Part shown: piece after piece, positions 58,975 through 64,000 of the stretch
How positions within the stretch are numbered: position 1 is the stretch's first letter
Layout of the letters: the number at the start of each line of letters is the position of its first letter
NCBI GenBank assembly: GCA_965224255.1
Contig: CBDCYO010000005.1
Location: 1,107,168 to 1,171,167, forward strand
DNA from: Dehalococcoidia bacterium
GTDB taxonomy: Bacteria > Chloroflexota > Dehalococcoidia > UBA6926
Reading direction: 5' to 3'
Length of the DNA: 64,000 bases
Made by a program: the position numbers and the translations under genes
The notes under the pieces: model-generated
Database searches by the model: none
What the model was told of the DNA's origin: nothing
What the model saw: only the letters and a program-made list of their open reading frames with translations

Positions 58975-59240
58975 TGGCCCCATGCCATTCCGAACCCCTT
59001 GTCATTCCGGAGCACCCTTCTATCATTGCGCCCGTGTCCATGCCATTCCGTGGCCCCCCCGGCATTCCTGAGGTCCCCCTCCTGTCATCCCTGAGCGTAG
59101 CGAAGAATCTACGTCCCCATTGCCGCAGGGGCACAACACCACACGCACGGCCTGACACACGCGTTTAGATTCTTCACTCCGCTGCGCTCCGCTCAGAATG
59201 ACAGGGCGAAGTAACGTTCCGTTCAGAATGGCATGGTGGT
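58975..59240. repeat. MITE/REP-like element, left copy of the composite flanking the R-M fusion gene
   Basis: tgtcatccctgagcgtagcgaagaatctacgtccccattgccgcaggggcacaacaccacacgcacggcctgacacacgcgtttagattcttcactccgctgcgctccgctcagaatgacagggcgaagtaacgttccgttcagaatg; nearly identical to 62560-62720. Confidence 0.85.
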
Positions 59241-59261
59241 CGTGTGCCGATCGCAGCACTG

Positions 59262-59447
59262 ATGGTAGGACGCGGCGTGCCTATAAAGCCAAGCGGCAGT
59301 GTCAGGTTTAAAAAGCCGCACTGGTGGTAGGACACGATGTGCCGATAAAGCCAAGCGGCAGTGTCAGGTTTAAAAAGCCGCGGTGGTGGTAGGACGCGAT
59401 GTGCCCAAAGGAGCCAAGCGGCAGTGTCAGGTTTAAAAAAGGGCGCG
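59262..59447. repeat. tandem array 3 x 62 bp (fabI-leader unit tggtggtaggacRcgatgtgccgataaagccaagcggcagtgtcaggtttaaaaaRccgc)
   Basis: Each unit ends with GTGTCAGGTTTAAAA = GTG-S-G-L-K, the start of fabI; third copy carries aaggag like the functional fabI RBS; last copy overlaps the 3' end of the R-M gene. Confidence 0.9.
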
Positions 59448-62414
59448 GGCATCACGAGGGCGCGGTTTGCCCCCATGCACGGACGGCTCCGCGCACCACT
59501 TCTGCGCCAACCGACGCACTCCCCGATACACCTCCTCATCGAAGCCGAGGAGGTCCATCACCACACGCCTGTCCAGCTCATCACGACTCGGATCCGCGTC
59601 CGCCAGATACGCCGGCAAAAATTCCTTATCCCGGAAATCCTCGAAGATCATCTGCGCCATCAGCAACTGGTCATCACTCAATAACCGCAAGTCCAGAACG
59701 GGAAGACTTTCGGCGGATAGGTGAGAAATACTCCCGCGTCCGCTCTGCTGGCGGGTGGAGTGCCACCAATATGACACCAGACCCAGAGTCGAGTTGCCCC
59801 ACAGGGTGAAGGCGTAATCGAATCGCCTATCTGCAAATATGGCGTTAGGCCACGCTCTGCCGCCAATGGACTCGACTTCTGTGAATGCGGCTGCCAAAGG
59901 CTGCGAGTTGAATCGGAAGTCACAATTTACGTGAGCACGGCTAGCGGTAGCCCAAACAGTCGCGGCCTTCGCTTCCATGCCCTGCCTGACAAGCAGCTGG
60001 GAATCGGGCTCCACGACCATGCGCGTTTCCTTCGTGGCGTCATGGTTCCAGAGGGAAGGATAGGTCGCAGTGGGGCTAGAGTGTGCTCTGTCGAAGGGGC
60101 CCGAAGAACCAGCGATGTTCAGGTGATACCATCCACGCCTACCGATGTCGCTGAAGGCTGCTACCTGTAGCTCTACAGAGGAGCCTACGCCTGGGAGCCA
60201 CAGCCGTGAGCGCGCCAGCGCATAGGCGGTCTGAGCCAGAGAGGAGTCGGCCAGCCGCACCGCGCTCCAGCTTTCCCCATCCAGACCGACCGGGGCAGTA
60301 ATTGTCTCGCCTACCAACGCCTCCCCGACTGTGAGGGGCGTGCCGCCGTAGGGTCCGTCCTCGATCTGTCTGACCTGGCTGCCGTCCAACAGCCTGCCCG
60401 CCAGTGCACGTGCGTGCGCCAGCCCCTGAGGTCTGTTGCCAAAGGAGGCAAAAAGCGAACGCTCGTGAGGGGGAGGGGGCGTTTTAAGCTTTTGCGCAAT
60501 GACCAAGCATTCCGCCATTCCGGTATCGGACGAGAAGGACATGTCCCGACCGTTGGCCGCGATACTCAGGACGGTCATGTCCTCATAGTCACGGGCGAGC
60601 ATCGTCCTAAGCTTTTCCCATGACATACCGTTGGCAGCTGTAAGGGGAATCACCAGCGCTAGGACGCCGCCGGGCTTGATTTTCCGATGTGCTAGCGCCG
60701 CAAATGCGGAGGGGATCCCCGCGTTGCCGTGGTAGCTGGAAGCCCTTCCAAGACGATTAATGCGGTCCCCCATCTCCGTCTGGTCGGCACGTGTGCTGTT
60801 AAAGGCAGCGAAGGCAGGATTCGTGATGTCGAAGTGGGCGCCCTCATGGTTAGTTGCTCTCGTAAAGGGCGGGTTCATGATGACAAGGTCGAGGCTCTCA
60901 TCGGGGATGTCGGCGTACACGTTCTCCGATACTTCTTCCGTCGCTCCGCCAACGCGCATCGCCGGGCCGCCGCCCGCGTGCGTCAGCGTTACGGCCCTGC
61001 TCCCCGCCAGAAACTCCAGAGAACCCAGCTTGACGCTGCCATCGGGCTGGCGGCCATAGGGCATCGTATAGAGTCGGGATGTCGAATACGGAACGGTTGG
61101 CTCCATACCCGCAAGTGTCGCGGCGGTGATGTGGACGGCGGAGGGCATGACGTCAAAGCCCATAAGGACGTTCTCCATCATCGCACCGTGAAGGTCCTGC
61201 GGGTCGCCCCCCGTCCGCGCGTTTTGCCGGGCAATCTCCGCGTACACCGCGGAGAGGAGCGCCCCAGTGCCGCACGCGAAGTCAGCGATGCGCAGCGCGC
61301 CGATGGCCTCGGCATCGGACCAGTCCACGCCCTCCAATTTCGCGACGGCAAGCTGCGCAAGCAGCGCAGCGGACGCTGGCCGCGTGTAGAAGGTGGCGAG
61401 GTACTTGCGATCCGCGATCAGGCGCTGAAAGACGCGGCCCGTCAGGTCGTGCGCATTATCGATGCCGGCGGCGTGGACGTAGTTACCGGTCTCGCTGAGG
61501 ATGCGGATCACGCGCGCGGCGGGCTCGGCGGGAAGGCATTCGATGATGCGTCGCGCGATGTCGAAAATGGGAAAGTAATTGATCTCCAGGATGCGATTCC
61601 ACATCGCAATCAGCTGAGCGTTGGGCGTTCCGGAGCGCTCGATTGCAGACAGGGTCATGATGTCTGCGTCCGGATGCATGCCGACGATCCGCTCATGGAA
61701 GACCATGGCGTTGGCGACAATCGCCGCGGCCATGCGTCGCGTCTGCTCCACGTTCTCCATGCCGAGAACGCGGGCAATTTCGATGTTGATGGCGGGACGC
61801 GTCCCGTTCAACTCCGTGAGCACGGCCGCGGCGTTATCGATGCCACGCTCAAGGTTCTCGGCGGCCTCGTCCACGGCCCGTTGCGGCACGGACACCAGAT
61901 GCGCCATGTCAGCGAGGTCCTCGATGGCGCCGTCCAACCAACCCGCCTCGGGGAAGCGCACTTGCCGTTGGTTATTTCTGGCGCCTTCATGCGTCCAGAT
62001 GACATACGACAATTTGGCCTTACGCAGCTCCTGCGCGACATCGCCGGCGGCATCACGCAACTCTGCCGGGTAGCGCACGGCGATGACGACCTCGATCTCA
62101 CGTGCGCCTTCCGTCGTGCGGAGTCCGAGTCGAGCGCGCGCGTCGTCCTCAACGGTGCGGGCGGGCATGAATTCCGCCTCGATGGCGACCGGCGACCTGC
62201 CGTTCATAGTGACGAGAATGTCCGGGCGACGCCGTGGCTGCCCGCTGACGACGTCCGTTTCTTCTGCGGCGACGTTTGATCGCGGCAACATGGGGCGCAG
62301 GGCATCCGCGAGCGTGGTATTCAGAGTGGGCTCAGTGTGGGCCATGGCGGGATTAGTGTAGCGCACAGCCGCGCCCCCGCAGCATCCCTGGCCGCCCTTC
62401 CTGTCAGTACTCAC
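59433..62414 (-). CDS. single-chain Type IIG/IIL-like restriction-modification fusion protein (gamma-class N6-adenine MTase with N-terminal nuclease-like domain and C-terminal TRD)
   Basis: Motif I IADFACGTGALLSAV, motif IV VIMNPPFTRATN (NPPF); N-terminal RRPDILVTMNGRSPVAIEAEF resembles PD-x(n)-E-x-(K) nuclease core but lacks the Lys; 993 aa, size/architecture like MmeI-family enzymes. Confidence 0.65.
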   Translation of the reverse strand: MSTDRKGGQGCCGGAAVRYTNPAMAHTEPTLNTTLADALRPMLPRSNVAAEETDVVSGQPRRRPDILVTMNGRSPVAIEAEFMPARTVEDDARARLGLRTTEGAREIEVVIAVRYPAELRDAAGDVAQELRKAKLSYVIWTHEGARNNQRQVRFPEAGWLDGAIEDLADMAHLVSVPQRAVDEAAENLERGIDNAAAVLTELNGTRPAINIEIARVLGMENVEQTRRMAAAIVANAMVFHERIVGMHPDADIMTLSAIERSGTPNAQLIAMWNRILEINYFPIFDIARRIIECLPAEPAARVIRILSETGNYVHAAGIDNAHDLTGRVFQRLIADRKYLATFYTRPASAALLAQLAVAKLEGVDWSDAEAIGALRIADFACGTGALLSAVYAEIARQNARTGGDPQDLHGAMMENVLMGFDVMPSAVHITAATLAGMEPTVPYSTSRLYTMPYGRQPDGSVKLGSLEFLAGSRAVTLTHAGGGPAMRVGGATEEVSENVYADIPDESLDLVIMNPPFTRATNHEGAHFDITNPAFAAFNSTRADQTEMGDRINRLGRASSYHGNAGIPSAFAALAHRKIKPGGVLALVIPLTAANGMSWEKLRTMLARDYEDMTVLSIAANGRDMSFSSDTGMAECLVIAQKLKTPPPPHERSLFASFGNRPQGLAHARALAGRLLDGSQVRQIEDGPYGGTPLTVGEALVGETITAPVGLDGESWSAVRLADSSLAQTAYALARSRLWLPGVGSSVELQVAAFSDIGRRGWYHLNIAGSSGPFDRAHSSPTATYPSLWNHDATKETRMVVEPDSQLLVRQGMEAKAATVWATASRAHVNCDFRFNSQPLAAAFTEVESIGGRAWPNAIFADRRFDYAFTLWGNSTLGLVSYWWHSTRQQSGRGSISHLSAESLPVLDLRLLSDDQLLMAQMIFEDFRDKEFLPAYLADADPSRDELDRRVVMDLLGFDEEVYRGVRRLAQKWCAEPSVHGGKPRPRDARALF

Positions 62415-62765
62415 GCCCCCCGTGTCACTCCGGGTGCTGCATCGCCATTGCGCATGCCCCCGTCATTCCTGAGCGTCCCCTCTGTCATTCGTGAGCGCCC
62501 GTGTCCATGCCATTGTGGGTGCTTCAGTGTCATCCGTGAGCGCCCCTCTGTCATTCCTGAATGCCGTCGTCTGTCATTCTGAGCGCAGCGAAGAATCTAC
62601 GTCCCCATTGCGGCAGAGGCGAACCACCACACGCACGGTCTGACACACGCGTTTAGATTCTTCACTCCACTACGTTCCGCTCAGAATGACAGGGCGAAGT
62701 AACGTTCCGCTCAGAATGACAAAATGGGGAACGCGCCGTTTACAACGACATGGTGAAGTGGCGTG
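62400..62765. repeat. MITE/REP-like element cluster (6 left arms + orientation-B core + arms), right copy of the composite
   Basis: Direct reading; core 62575-62700 near-identical to 59085-59215. Confidence 0.85.
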
Positions 62766-62794
62766 TCGTTTAGAATGGAAGGGTGGTCGTGTGC

Positions 62795-63150
62795 CGATCG
62801 CAGCACTGGTGGCAGGACGCGATGTGCCCATAAAGCCAAGCGGCAGTGTCGGGTTTAAAAAACCGCGGTGGTGGTAGGACACGATGTGCCGATAAAGCCA
62901 AGCGGCAGTGTCAGGTTTAAAAAACCGCGGTGGTGGTAGGACACGCTGTGCCGATAAAGCCAAGCGGCAGTGGCAGGTTTAAAAAACCGCGATGGTGGTA
63001 GGACACGATGTGCCGATAAAGCCAAGCGGCAGTGTCAGGTTTAAAAAACCGCGATGGTGGTAGGACGCGATGTGCCGATAAAGCCAAGCGGCAGTGTCAG
63101 GTTTAAAAAAGGAGCTAAGCGGCAGTGTCAGGTTTAAAAATAGATCTCTC
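62795..63150. repeat. tandem array ~5.7 x 62 bp (fabI-leader unit) ending in the genuine fabI RBS/start
   Basis: Same unit as 59262-59447; final partial unit gives aaggagctaagcggcagGTGtcaggtttaaaaatagat = RBS + GTG start of fabI. Confidence 0.9.
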
Positions 63151-63907
63151 TGGCAAGAACGCCGTCGTTCTCGGCGTGGCGAATCACCGCAGCATCGCTT
63201 GGCACATCGCCCTGGCGCTCCGCGATGCCGGCGCGCGACTCTACCTCACCTATCAGAACGAGCGACTCGGTGACGGCATCCGCAAGCTGACTGAGGGCAT
63301 GGACGCTATCACCCTCATCGAGTGCGACGTGTCCGAGGACGCGAACATCGAGGCAGCGTTCGATCAGATAGCCGCGGACGGCGGGAAGACAGTGGACATC
63401 CTGACGCACAGCATCGCCTTTGCGAATCGCGACGATCTCGGTGGCGATTTCTCGCAGACCGGGCGTGAGGGCTTCCGCATCGCCCTGGAGGTCAGCGCCT
63501 ATTCACTCATCCCCGTCGCCCGCTACGCCGCGCCACTCATGTCCCCGGGCAGCGCCATCGTCACGCTTACCTTCCAGGCCTCAGACCGCGTCTTCCCCGG
63601 CTACAACATCATGGGTACGGCCAAGGCGGCTCTGGAGAACGAGGTTCGCCAACTGGCCTATGAGCTTGGGCCCCGCGGTATCCGCGTCAACGCCCTCTCT
63701 CCGGGCCCACTGGATACGCTCTCATCACGCGCGATCCACGGCTATGTGGACATGAAGCGCATCCAGGCGGAGCGCTCGCCGTTGCAGCGCAACATCACGC
63801 ATGATGAGGTGGCCAAGGCGGCGCTCTTCCTGCTGAGCGACCTCTCGAGCGGCATCACGGGCCACGTCCTGCCCATCGACGGCGGCTACCAGATCGCCGG
63901 CGTCTAG
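63125..63907 (+). CDS. fabI: enoyl-[acyl-carrier-protein] reductase (NADH), FabI
   Basis: LSGKNAVVLGVANHRSIAWHIA (FabI N-terminal Rossmann), catalytic Y...K (YNIMGTAKAALE), SPGPLDT; GTG start 11 nt after aaggag. Confidence 0.85.
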   Translation: MSGLKIDLSGKNAVVLGVANHRSIAWHIALALRDAGARLYLTYQNERLGDGIRKLTEGMDAITLIECDVSEDANIEAAFDQIAADGGKTVDILTHSIAFANRDDLGGDFSQTGREGFRIALEVSAYSLIPVARYAAPLMSPGSAIVTLTFQASDRVFPGYNIMGTAKAALENEVRQLAYELGPRGIRVNALSPGPLDTLSSRAIHGYVDMKRIQAERSPLQRNITHDEVAKAALFLLSDLSSGITGHVLPIDGGYQIAGV

Positions 63908-64000
63908 TGGCGCCCATGTCGTCAGACGCCCACGCCGCCACGCGCCGTTTCCAGACCGTTCGCGGCACGACTGACGCCTTGCCGGACGACCAGCCGTATT

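Noticed and set aside
59361-59684. 107-aa ORF MSGLKSRGGG...
   Set aside because: It starts inside the fabI-leader repeat units (a copy of the fabI start) and runs antisense through the 3' end of the R-M gene. Interpreted as a repeat-derived uORF, not a gene.
59433-62414. BREX PglX or Type I HsdM assignment for the 993-aa methyltransferase
   Set aside because: It is too short for PglX and there are no other BREX genes nearby. No HsdS/HsdR neighbours. A single-chain architecture with an N-terminal PD...E-x-E segment fits Type IIG/IIL better, though nuclease activity is unproven.

Overview
This is a visibly GC-rich bacterial chromosomal segment, about two-thirds ordinary core genome and one-third accessory or repetitive.

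- **Core genes (high confidence).** A YifB/ComM-type AAA ATPase, ribosomal protein L25/Ctc, serS, the pntAA-pntAB-pntB transhydrogenase operon, sucCD, rex and fabI. There is also a cluster of acyl-CoA-metabolism genes: MaoC-like dehydratase, alpha/beta hydrolases, a tandem CaiB/BaiF CoA-transferase fusion and a crotonase.
- **Other core content.** Two tandem amidases with a GatC-like small partner, several transporters (MMPL, RND, two MFS, one ABC binding protein), tRNA-Val(GAC), tRNA-Ser(TGA), and a lone 16S rRNA gene on the minus strand (45457-46970) with no 23S/5S after it. The 16S has generic Chloroflexota-like features, but that is a guess only.
- **Accessory content.**
  - A classical Type II R-M pair on an AT-skewed patch (39694-41363).
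  - An orphan N6/N4 DNA methyltransferase (27224-28363).
  - A 993-aa single-chain Type IIG/IIL-like R-M fusion (59433-62414).
  - A VapBC-like TA pair and a HEPN-like gene beside the 16S.
  - An MrfA/SftH-type DUF1998 helicase.
  - A phage remnant (portal + large terminase + small genes, 50.1-55.1 kb; no integrase or capsid genes seen).
  - A duplicated leader + secreted Cys/Trp-rich protein + polytopic membrane protein cassette (47.1-50.1 kb).
- **Repeat architecture.** This is the most unusual part of the window.
  - A MITE/REP-like modular palindromic element family (GTCATTCTGA / TCAGAATGAC arms around a GAAGAATCTAC...GTAGATTCTTC hairpin) fills at least nine intergenic sites.
  - A nine-copy 60-bp tandem array abuts the 3' half of the apparent 16S processing stem.
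  - 62-bp tandem arrays derived from the 5' end of fabI (each unit carries the GTG-S-G-L-K start) occur as two direct copies, each fused to a MITE, bracketing the 993-aa R-M gene.

All calls rest on motifs I could read in the ORF translations and on the nucleotide sequence itself. No database search was run.
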